A stretch of DNA of 32,000 bases from Vulcanisaeta distributa DSM 14429 (GTDB taxonomy: Archaea; Thermoproteota; Thermoprotei; Thermoproteales; Thermocladiaceae): the NCBI RefSeq assembly GCF_000148385.1, contig NC_014537.1, forward strand, positions 900,001-932,000. Direction: 5' to 3'. Numbering within the stretch: position 1 is the stretch's first letter; every line of letters starts with the position of its first letter. Positions 15,259-22,619 of this stretch are shown one piece after another. A program made the position numbers and the translations under genes. Under the pieces are notes generated by a model. It saw only the letters and a list, made by a program, of their open reading frames with translations, was not told the origin of the DNA and searched no databases.

Positions 15259-16794
15259 ATGAGCTTAGACTTTCAGTTAATAAAGCCTGTCGGTCAACTT
15301 AAGGAGCTGGAGAGATATCCATTATATGAACCATTTGCATACGCAACAATAGTCCAGGATGAAAAGACTGGGGATATCATGTATTACCTCGAGGAAATAA
15401 CGCTTGACCCAGTCGAGCAACAAGTGTATAAGGAATTGGTGAGGATTGTAATGCTCGAGCTACCACCACCCGAGGAATTGACGAAGATGGGTGATGTGAA
15501 GAATTACCTGCTCAATGAACTAAAGAAGATTGTTGGTAGATATAGAAGACTCTTTAGAAACGTGTCTCCATCGTCCTTCGCTAAATTCCTATACTACATG
15601 GAGAGGGACTTGCTTGGTTATGGCCCAATAGATGCCTTAATGAGGGATGAGAATATTGAGGATATATCATGTGACGGCGTTGGCAAGCCTGTCTACGTAT
15701 TTCATAGGAAGTATGAGTCCATACCAACAAACATTGTGCCAATGACCGACCAGGCTCTTGATGACTTAGTCGTTAAGTTAATACACATGTCTGGTAGGCA
15801 CGTATCGGTGGCAACGCCAATAGTTGATGCCCAATTACCTGATGGTTCAAGGATAGCCGTTACGTATAGGAGGGAGGTTTCACCAGGTGGTTCCACGTTC
15901 ACGATAAGGAAGTTCAGAAAGAATCCACTAACATTTACAGAATTAGTTAGATTTGGAAATATCAGCGCAGAAATCGCTGGTTACTTCTGGGTGATGCTTG
16001 ATAATGGTAGGTCATTCCTAGTGCTTGGCGTCACAGGCGCTGGTAAAACGAGCTTCCTCAATGCCATGGCCACATTCATTAGGCCCCACATGAAGATAAT
16101 AACCGTTGAGGAGGTCCCAGAGATAAACCTACCGCACAAGAATTGGGTTAGGCTTGTTACGAGGCAGAGCTATGGTGCTGAGAAGATAAATGAGATCACG
16201 CTATTTGACCTGGTTAAGGCAACGCTTAGGATGAGACCTGATTACTTAATCGTCGGTGAGATCAGAGGTGAGGAGGCCTACGTATTGTTCCAAGCCGTGA
16301 ACACAGGCCATAGTGGTATATCGACAATGCACGCAGAGTCCTTTGAGGCGGCTGTTAATAGGCTCATGAGCCCACCAATGAATATACCACCGGCTTACAT
16401 ACCTGCCATGAACATATTCGTCATGATTAAGAGGGTTAAGATTGGTGGTAGGTTGACGAGGAGGGTCACTGAGGTTGGTGAGGTCTATATGGATGGTGAC
16501 AAGATTAGGTTCAATACGGTATTTAGGTGGAATCCAAGGACCGATACGCATGATTCATACGTTGAAAAGAGTATTTTAGTTAGGCAAATTAGCGATATGA
16601 CTGGTAAGGACGTTGATGAGATCCTCAGGGAAATAGATACTAGGGCGAAGATAGTTAGTTGGATGGTGGAGAATGGAATATTTAATTTCGAGGATGTCTC
16701 AACGTATGTACAGACATACTATACAAACCCAGATAAGATACTCAACCAGGTCTTTGGAAAGGTGAGCGATGTTGAAAGTATTACTCAGGTTTAA
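15259..16794 (+). CDS. Type II/IV secretion-system superfamily ATPase (archaeal FlaI/ArlI-, TadA/VirB11-like)
   Basis: 511-aa ORF with Walker A 'GVTGAGKTS', Asp-box region 'IITVEEVPEINLP', Walker B 'RMRPDYLIVGEIRGEEA' and His box 'NTGHSGISTMHAES'. The N-terminal domain has 'IEDISCDG...VYVFHRKY', typical of FlaI/GspE-type N domains. Confidence 0.9.
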   Translation: MSLDFQLIKPVGQLKELERYPLYEPFAYATIVQDEKTGDIMYYLEEITLDPVEQQVYKELVRIVMLELPPPEELTKMGDVKNYLLNELKKIVGRYRRLFRNVSPSSFAKFLYYMERDLLGYGPIDALMRDENIEDISCDGVGKPVYVFHRKYESIPTNIVPMTDQALDDLVVKLIHMSGRHVSVATPIVDAQLPDGSRIAVTYRREVSPGGSTFTIRKFRKNPLTFTELVRFGNISAEIAGYFWVMLDNGRSFLVLGVTGAGKTSFLNAMATFIRPHMKIITVEEVPEINLPHKNWVRLVTRQSYGAEKINEITLFDLVKATLRMRPDYLIVGEIRGEEAYVLFQAVNTGHSGISTMHAESFEAAVNRLMSPPMNIPPAYIPAMNIFVMIKRVKIGGRLTRRVTEVGEVYMDGDKIRFNTVFRWNPRTDTHDSYVEKSILVRQISDMTGKDVDEILREIDTRAKIVSWMVENGIFNFEDVSTYVQTYYTNPDKILNQVFGKVSDVESITQV

Positions 16795-17137
16795 AGATTT
16801 AAATTCCCTGGTTAAGTATTTAAATGAAGAATTGAATAAATTACTAATAGCCAAGAAGATACTGGATGATGAAGCGAAGAGGGACTCCCTCGTGGATATA
16901 ATAGAGATAGGGAGTAATGGTAATATTAGCATGAGGAGAGATAGGATATCAGAAATAATGAAAGGGATTATGAATGAACTTAATAGTAGGATTGAACATA
17001 TTAATCAACTACTTGAGGAGATAAAGGAGGAATTCAATGATAGTAATTTCACGGGCATAGTATTATTGGAGTTCAATAATGGAATACCAAATAGAGTATT
17101 ACTATCACAACCACTAACCTTGGGTGACTTTTCATGA
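16769..17137 (+). CDS. Small cytoplasmic protein, member of a local paralogue family (family X)
   Basis: 122-aa ORF that overlaps the ATPase gene by 26 nt. It has the family N-terminus 'MLKVLLRFKDLNSLVKYLNEEL' and C-terminal hairpin motif 'GIVLLEFNNGIPNRVLL'. The start is supported by alignment with paralogue N-termini. Confidence 0.65.
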   Translation: MLKVLLRFKDLNSLVKYLNEELNKLLIAKKILDDEAKRDSLVDIIEIGSNGNISMRRDRISEIMKGIMNELNSRIEHINQLLEEIKEEFNDSNFTGIVLLEFNNGIPNRVLLSQPLTLGDFS

Positions 17138-18003
17138 TATTCATGATACCCATGATACCGATATTAATAATAGTGATAATGATTGGAATGATAATACTAG
17201 GCCTTATTAGGCCGCCTTTAACCGTTATTCTACCATTGCTTGGCATTTACATAATATTAATGCTAATACCTTACATATTACCTAATTTAGTAATTAATCA
17301 ATACCTTAGTATTAAATATATCATATTACCAATAATAGGTTTAGCAATGGGTTATGGAATATCAATATTAATGAGTAAATACATGAATATCGATGTACGT
17401 TCACTGTTTGGGTTAAGGCAGGACCAAAGAAGGAAGGTTAAGAAGGTGAGGACTCGGGGTAAGCAGAAAGTTGAGAAAAGGCCTGAGGTTAAGCCTGAGG
17501 ATTTAGATAGGTTCATTAATGAGTCAATTAATACATTGAAACTTGGTATATCAATTAATGAGGCATTAGGCAGTTGGGTTGAGTATTATGATGGCTGGAC
17601 GGATGCTATAATAAGTATTTCTAGGAGGTTTATAGATATTAGGGAAAGTGTTGAAGCCATTAATAAGGAGGCGTTATTTCTATCAAGGATTAGGCAGTAT
17701 GAAAATAAGGCCCTATCACTTGGCTTAACACTGAGGGAGGAGTCAGCCTTTAAGAAACAGAGGAGATCAAGGTCTAAGAGTGATGAGGATAGATTGGTAA
17801 TTTATGTTAGGCCTGAGGAATTGGCTGGTGAGTTAATGACCACCGCGCAATTAATGAGCGGTTACGTCGATGAATTTAATGGAATACTTGAGAAGTTAAT
17901 ACATGATAAGGGGATTTCTCAATATATGGTTAATTCGCAGATACTGGTTCTCTATGTTGATGGGATACCCAGGAAGTTCATAACAATTAATAAGGGCAGC
18001 TAG
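17134..18003 (+). CDS. Membrane-anchored family X member (3 N-terminal TM helices, basic linker, cytoplasmic domain)
   Basis: 289-aa ORF with an ATGA overlap to the upstream gene. It has Met/Ile-rich TM helices in residues ~3-82, then 'RQDQRRKVKKVRTRGKQKVEKR'. The C-terminus 'ILVLYVDGIPRKFITIN' shares the family motif. It does not resemble the FlaJ/TadC T2SSF layout. Confidence 0.75.
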   Translation: MIFMIPMIPILIIVIMIGMIILGLIRPPLTVILPLLGIYIILMLIPYILPNLVINQYLSIKYIILPIIGLAMGYGISILMSKYMNIDVRSLFGLRQDQRRKVKKVRTRGKQKVEKRPEVKPEDLDRFINESINTLKLGISINEALGSWVEYYDGWTDAIISISRRFIDIRESVEAINKEALFLSRIRQYENKALSLGLTLREESAFKKQRRSRSKSDEDRLVIYVRPEELAGELMTTAQLMSGYVDEFNGILEKLIHDKGISQYMVNSQILVLYVDGIPRKFITINKGS

Positions 18004-18407
18004 GCACCTTCCTCATTCTGTACGATGATCATTGCGGGTATTGAATCAACAAGTAGTGCAATTATTGGGCGATTCTTATCAATATTAAGTGCCTCTAATC
18101 TATCAATTACAGACTTTATAATCGCAGACCTCCTCTGTATGTAACCAGCTACATCATTAATCACATTACTCTTCGTATTAGTACCTGGCTTATAAACAAT
18201 CCTTAGAGAAAATACCTCTAAGGAGCCATCGACAAACCTAATGTTCTCCGAGATCTCGCTTGCCAATGCCGTATTATTCTCAGAACCAAGTATCTCATTC
18301 CAATTCTGCTTAAGCATGTACATGAACCTATACGAATTACCCAATTCGCCTTTCAATGTCTGAATTAATTCGTTCAATGATCTGAATCTCTTAATCTCAA
18401 TAATCAT
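18000..18407 (-). CDS. Small cytoplasmic protein, family X member
   Basis: 135-aa ORF with N-terminus 'MIIEIKRFRSLNELIQTLKGEL' and C-terminus 'IIALLVDSIPAMIIVQ'. It has a 4-nt overlap with the upstream gene, and its stop codon shares CTAG (18000-18003) with the convergent gene. Confidence 0.7.
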   Translation of the reverse strand: MIIEIKRFRSLNELIQTLKGELGNSYRFMYMLKQNWNEILGSENNTALASEISENIRFVDGSLEVFSLRIVYKPGTNTKSNVINDVAGYIQRRSAIIKSVIDRLEALNIDKNRPIIALLVDSIPAMIIVQNEEGA

Positions 18408-19051
18408 GAAGAACCACCAATAACTTCCTCAATCTTCTTAAATTGCTCCGGATAATTTATATCGCTTAATCTAACGGTTGTTTCGAAATTCCTTGAGTTA
18501 TTGTTAATTGCTGAGATTGCCTCATCAATCATAATCATTATCTTAGCCAATTCATCAGCTGTTAAACCAGAAATACCGCTTAAGATACTTGGTACCTCAG
18601 TTGATTCCCTAATATTAGGCAAGTGCAGTATTGATGTATCCGATACATCAGGTAATGAATAACCTACTACCACATCTATTGACGTATTATCTATTATAAT
18701 TACATACTCATCGCTCATGCCGAGCTTCTCTGTGAATTCCATAGCCTGCTTAATGGACATGAGTACATTTGTATAGTAATTAATTGCATCCTTAATCGCC
18801 TCCTTATAACCACTGGCCGTTAGTACGTATATTACCTCAATATCATCAGCCTTAGTCGTTACGTTCATACCGCCCTTAATGTATGTGGCTGAGGACCTAC
18901 TTCTTAATTCCCTGATTAGTTTATTCACGGACTCATTATCGGGATTGTAAGCATGTATTTCATTAATGACCTGCATTATTTCATTAAGTTTATTACCAAG
19001 ATCCAGAGCTATATCCCTTAATCTATCACTTCTTAGTACTATCAAGGTCAA
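18404..19051 (-). CDS. Family X member with a C-terminal extension of about 90 aa
   Basis: 215-aa ORF with N-terminus 'MTLIVLRSDRLRDIALDLGNKL' and an internal hairpin 'YVIIIDNTSIDVVVGY'. An extra helical tail follows ('LTADELAKIMIMIDEAISAINN...'). Confidence 0.7.
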   Translation of the reverse strand: MTLIVLRSDRLRDIALDLGNKLNEIMQVINEIHAYNPDNESVNKLIRELRSRSSATYIKGGMNVTTKADDIEVIYVLTASGYKEAIKDAINYYTNVLMSIKQAMEFTEKLGMSDEYVIIIDNTSIDVVVGYSLPDVSDTSILHLPNIRESTEVPSILSGISGLTADELAKIMIMIDEAISAINNNSRNFETTVRLSDINYPEQFKKIEEVIGGSS

Positions 19052-19415
19052 TCACCACCAGTGATGGTACATCACTAAAGTACCTAACCATGGCTTTAAA
19101 ACCATAATCCTTAAGCTTACTTAACCTAGCCTCGAGAGCCTCATAAATTGCGTATTCTAACTTAAGAAATTGAACAGCCTTTAAAAACAATTCCCTATAG
19201 GCCTCCTTTGATGGTTCTCTATATAGGATTATCGATATTGAGTTAGGTATATCAATAACAATTCTCTCACTTTTATCGGGTAAGTTGTTTTCACTGATTA
19301 TCTTCTTGTAAATTTCGTATAGGTTCTTCACATACTCAGAGACCCTTTTCTTATTCTCAAGAACTCTCCTATGTAATTCCTTCACATCAATGCTCATGTC
19401 AAGGTTTGCGCTCAT
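19026..19415 (-). CDS. Small cytoplasmic protein, divergent family X member
   Basis: 129-aa ORF with central 'RIVIDIPNSISIILY' and C-terminal 'AMVRYFSDVPSLVVIDL' hairpin motifs. It has a 4-nt overlap with the upstream gene and a 26-nt overlap with the downstream gene. Confidence 0.7.
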   Translation of the reverse strand: MSANLDMSIDVKELHRRVLENKKRVSEYVKNLYEIYKKIISENNLPDKSERIVIDIPNSISIILYREPSKEAYRELFLKAVQFLKLEYAIYEALEARLSKLKDYGFKAMVRYFSDVPSLVVIDLDSTKK

Positions 19416-19807
19416 GGCATTATCACCAGCCTCGTTTTCTTATTGGCATAATCTATCATAACCATTACGGATGCGTTTCTATCCTTAATTTCACTTAAGT
19501 ACTTACTCACCTTCTCAATCTGACCTATTACATAATTAATATTGTCATTTATCGCGTTCAATTTATTCAATAGCCATGTTGAGTGAGGCGCAATATGTAT
19601 GTTTAATGCATGTGGTATGGCCTGCACAGTTATTACTTGATGAGACGGCTGAAAACCAAGTTTCATGAGTTTCTCCTCCACGTCAGCATTTATTTTCAGT
19701 TTCTCCCTAATTACACCATAACGTTCCCTTAAGGTTGATAATTGTTCTTTGATTATATTCAATTTGTTTATTGCATCCTCAACCGTGCTAAATAATAGCA
19801 CTAACAT
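19412..19807 (-). CDS. Small cytoplasmic protein, family X member (first gene of the minus-strand operon)
   Basis: 131-aa ORF with N-terminus 'MLVLLFSTVEDAINKLNIIKEQL' and C-terminus 'SVMVMIDYANKKTRLVIM'. A TATA-like 'AATAAATATA' lies on the minus strand about 27 nt upstream of the ATG. Confidence 0.7.
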   Translation of the reverse strand: MLVLLFSTVEDAINKLNIIKEQLSTLRERYGVIREKLKINADVEEKLMKLGFQPSHQVITVQAIPHALNIHIAPHSTWLLNKLNAINDNINYVIGQIEKVSKYLSEIKDRNASVMVMIDYANKKTRLVIMP

Positions 19808-19882
19808 TCAGATTCTTATTAATTAGGCTATATTTATTCTTTACTTGTGAAAGTGATGGTATGCCCCTATTTAGAGACGGCA

Positions 19883-20113
19883 TTAAATCCTCTCCTCTCT
19901 AATCAACCTGGAGATCTCACTTATAGCCCTGTTTATATCCCTAATATCATTATGTATAGCCATTATTTCCGCCATAATCAATGAATTATCTAAACACTTA
20001 ATAAGCAGGTCAGCCCAACTCTTTGAATGATATATCTGCTTGAGTTTTTTCAGTTCTTTATATTGCTGCTCATCAACCTCAATCACGATTCTTTTCTTGC
20101 CATTCTTAGCCAT
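19883..20113 (-). CDS. Putative ribbon-helix-helix (CopG/Arc/MetJ-like) DNA-binding protein with a coiled-coil tail
   Basis: 76-aa ORF. 'KKRIVIEVDEQQYKELKKLKQIYHSKSWADLLIKCL' fits a strand-helix-helix RHH pattern. It lies directly upstream of, and is co-oriented with, the family X operon. A TATA-like 'CTTTAAAAT' lies about 30 nt upstream. Confidence 0.55.
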   Translation of the reverse strand: MAKNGKKRIVIEVDEQQYKELKKLKQIYHSKSWADLLIKCLDNSLIMAEIMAIHNDIRDINRAISEISRLIREERI

Positions 20114-20158
20114 GCAGCTAATGGACTATTAACTAATTTTAAAGTTAACCTTCTAGAA

Positions 20159-22558
20159 CTACTTGCTTCTTTTTTGCGATTTCGTAACACTAATCATAAA
20201 TTCTGGTATTTCGACATACTTTACATAGTATTGAATGAGGATTTTAATTACCTCTCTAAGCATTAGCATAAGTGTCGATTTCCTAACACCAAGGACCTTG
20301 GCCGCCTCCCTCCAAGGCCTTGCCTGCAGAACCTTGCAAATCAATGCCTCCTCATAGAATTGAGGTAAGGCAATGCTGTCAAGACCCCTCCTCAGGTAAT
20401 ATGTCTTGACAAGCTCAGTTATTGCATCAGCAGTGTTTTCATACGTCATTGGGCCCCATGAATAGGCAATTAAACGCCTAACCTGAGCCTCCGTGAGTCT
20501 AGGACTATACTCAGGATCGAGGGCTTGATCCCAATCAGTTAATAACATCCTAACAACGTCTGGCTCCATGTCATGGAATGGGCCTTGCAACGAATTAAGT
20601 AGTCTCAGCCTAAACTCCTTATTCGCATAAATGGCCGCATCCCTGGCCTTCTCACTTATCGGCTTAACAAGTAATACACTATACTCACCACTTATTGGAT
20701 TTCTCTCAGGGCTTATGTGGACCGGCATGTAACCACTCTTAATCCAGAAATTCAGTAACTTAGCATTAACGCCGAAACCAACACCAACCCAGTCAATACC
20801 CCTTTCCCTGGCCTCCTCCTCAATCCTCCTAAGCATCTCAGTACCAAGACCCCTGTCCTGAAGCTCTGGATGTGTCGCAATCCTAATGATCCTCCAACCC
20901 CTTAACTTGGCGAAGTCCGTAAGCCCCCAATACTTAATTAACCTATCCGGTATTATGTTCCCAGGCAATTTCAACCCCCTCACAACCATGTCAATTAAGT
21001 CATCACTTATGCCACCCTCCTCAGCCAACTCCACAGACACTACGATCTTCCCATTACTAAGCGTTAAGGCCCTTATGAAGTGGTGAGGCGCATCCATCAT
21101 CATGCCCAAGTCGTCGGGTTCATTCCTATAATGGGCCTGGACATAAATACCGAAGAATTGCCTAAGCCTATCCTCACTTGATAGGAAGAACTCCTTAAGA
21201 TTGGGTATTAGGTAATTGAATTCTCGCTTACTTATTAATTCATAATCCTCATCAGTTATTTTCGCAGGTTCGGCATCAAGTAACAAGGTGTCAAATAACC
21301 ATTGTTCCACCGGATCATTAGGCGCATACCTAATTGGTTCCTTAAGCTCGTACTCAATGACCTTCGTATTCTTATCCTCACGTAAATACTTAAGGAACCT
21401 AAGGCTAAAGCCCCTACCTGCACCCTCATAACCATGTATTGTCGATGCATATATAACCCTGTTAAACCTCTCGTGTATTCCATATAGTACGGGGAGCGGT
21501 ATCATCGCAGCCTCATCAACGACCACTATGTCCCTACCCTCCTCGCTAAGCATGTCGTAGGGCCTTACATAGTCTATGAAGATGGAAATACCAACCTTAA
21601 CCGAAACAACATCACCACCCCAATAACTCACGTCTACATCATAATTCAGCGCCTTAAGGCCCTTTATCACGAACTCCATCAGCGTTGAGACATTGCTCGG
21701 GTTCATCGCGGTTACGGCAAACCTAGCCCTACCCTTAGCCTTCCTAAGCCTATGGGCAAGAGCCGCCAATGCCAAGCCAATGATTGCAGACTTACCCCTG
21801 CCCCTATCCGCTATTAACACAACATTCACCTTCCTACCCCTTGGAGGTCTCTCCAGCAGTATTTCCATTGCCCTAAGGGCCTCGACCTGGTCCTGGGTCT
21901 TGGCCAGCTCATATATGGCCTTTGAAAACCTGATTCTCTCAGGCATTACTAACTCCCTTTGCTTCCACGGCTGAGAGTCGCCAATGACCGGTTCCTTTAT
22001 TATCTCGCCACTATCGACATTAATTATTAACGCCTTATCCATGCTCATTAACTTATTCCAAAACCTAATCTTCAGGAAATGCCTAACATCCTCAGGCCTA
22101 TATTGAGGGACTAACAGGCTTTGCTGGAACTTCGTTAGTTGTTTAATCCATTCATTCAGTGGTGGTACCATGAATATGTAGATACCGCCACCCCTAACAA
22201 TACCTCCCATCCTACCCACGTCATTCGGCTTTAAATCATTCATCAGGTCTAGGACTGCGAAGTCTACGGTAATGCCGAGGAGCTTATCCGTATCCTTATA
22301 AGGCCTATAGTCAATACTTGCGGCGATACCCTCAATGAATTCCTTAAACTTACCCATCCTCCTCTGTGCATCTGGGTACTCAGGTTGATACATGTATAGT
22401 CCGTGCGGCTCCTTAACAATTGATGAGAATATTCTGAGGGCGTCTGCCGCGTACTTAGCCAGCCTTTCTTCGTCAGTACCCACGAATACCACGAGCCTCC
22501 TATGATTTGAGGATACGCCCTCCTTAACCAGGCCCTGCAACAGCTCGGTCCAGCCCAT
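20159..22558 (-). CDS. tmcA: tRNA(Met) cytidine acetyltransferase TmcA (NAT10/Kre33 homologue: DUF1726, helicase and GNAT domains)
   Basis: 799-aa ORF with Walker A 'IADRGRGKSAIIGLALA' and a GNAT core 'RIATHPELQDRGLGTEMLRRIEEEA'. Overall size and order are typical of archaeal TmcA. Confidence 0.92.
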   Translation of the reverse strand: MGWTELLQGLVKEGVSSNHRRLVVFVGTDEERLAKYAADALRIFSSIVKEPHGLYMYQPEYPDAQRRMGKFKEFIEGIAASIDYRPYKDTDKLLGITVDFAVLDLMNDLKPNDVGRMGGIVRGGGIYIFMVPPLNEWIKQLTKFQQSLLVPQYRPEDVRHFLKIRFWNKLMSMDKALIINVDSGEIIKEPVIGDSQPWKQRELVMPERIRFSKAIYELAKTQDQVEALRAMEILLERPPRGRKVNVVLIADRGRGKSAIIGLALAALAHRLRKAKGRARFAVTAMNPSNVSTLMEFVIKGLKALNYDVDVSYWGGDVVSVKVGISIFIDYVRPYDMLSEEGRDIVVVDEAAMIPLPVLYGIHERFNRVIYASTIHGYEGAGRGFSLRFLKYLREDKNTKVIEYELKEPIRYAPNDPVEQWLFDTLLLDAEPAKITDEDYELISKREFNYLIPNLKEFFLSSEDRLRQFFGIYVQAHYRNEPDDLGMMMDAPHHFIRALTLSNGKIVVSVELAEEGGISDDLIDMVVRGLKLPGNIIPDRLIKYWGLTDFAKLRGWRIIRIATHPELQDRGLGTEMLRRIEEEARERGIDWVGVGFGVNAKLLNFWIKSGYMPVHISPERNPISGEYSVLLVKPISEKARDAAIYANKEFRLRLLNSLQGPFHDMEPDVVRMLLTDWDQALDPEYSPRLTEAQVRRLIAYSWGPMTYENTADAITELVKTYYLRRGLDSIALPQFYEEALICKVLQARPWREAAKVLGVRKSTLMLMLREVIKILIQYYVKYVEIPEFMISVTKSQKRSK

Positions 22559-22619
22559 ATCCTCAGTACAGCCTTATCAATGCGAATTAGGGCTTATAAA
22601 CATATGCAATGCAGTAACC

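Noticed and set aside
15702-16932. Track ORFs 15702-15902(-), 16246-16551(-) and 16699-16932(-)
   Set aside because: They are antisense to the secretion ATPase and the first family X gene, and no independent support exists.
17134-18003. Possibility that the 289-aa membrane protein is the missing FlaJ/TadC/PilC platform
   Set aside because: Platform proteins have T2SSF repeats with cytoplasmic helical bundles interleaved with TM helices, including C-terminal ones. Here all three TM helices are within the first ~85 residues, and the rest resembles the soluble paralogues. Profile searches are still needed to be certain.
13811-20113. Integrated virus, plasmid or other mobile element explanation for the A/T-rich ATPase block
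   Set aside because: I could find no integrase, transposase, tRNA target, flanking direct repeats, capsid-like genes or replication genes, and the block is flanked directly by core housekeeping genes. An ancient foreign origin cannot be excluded.
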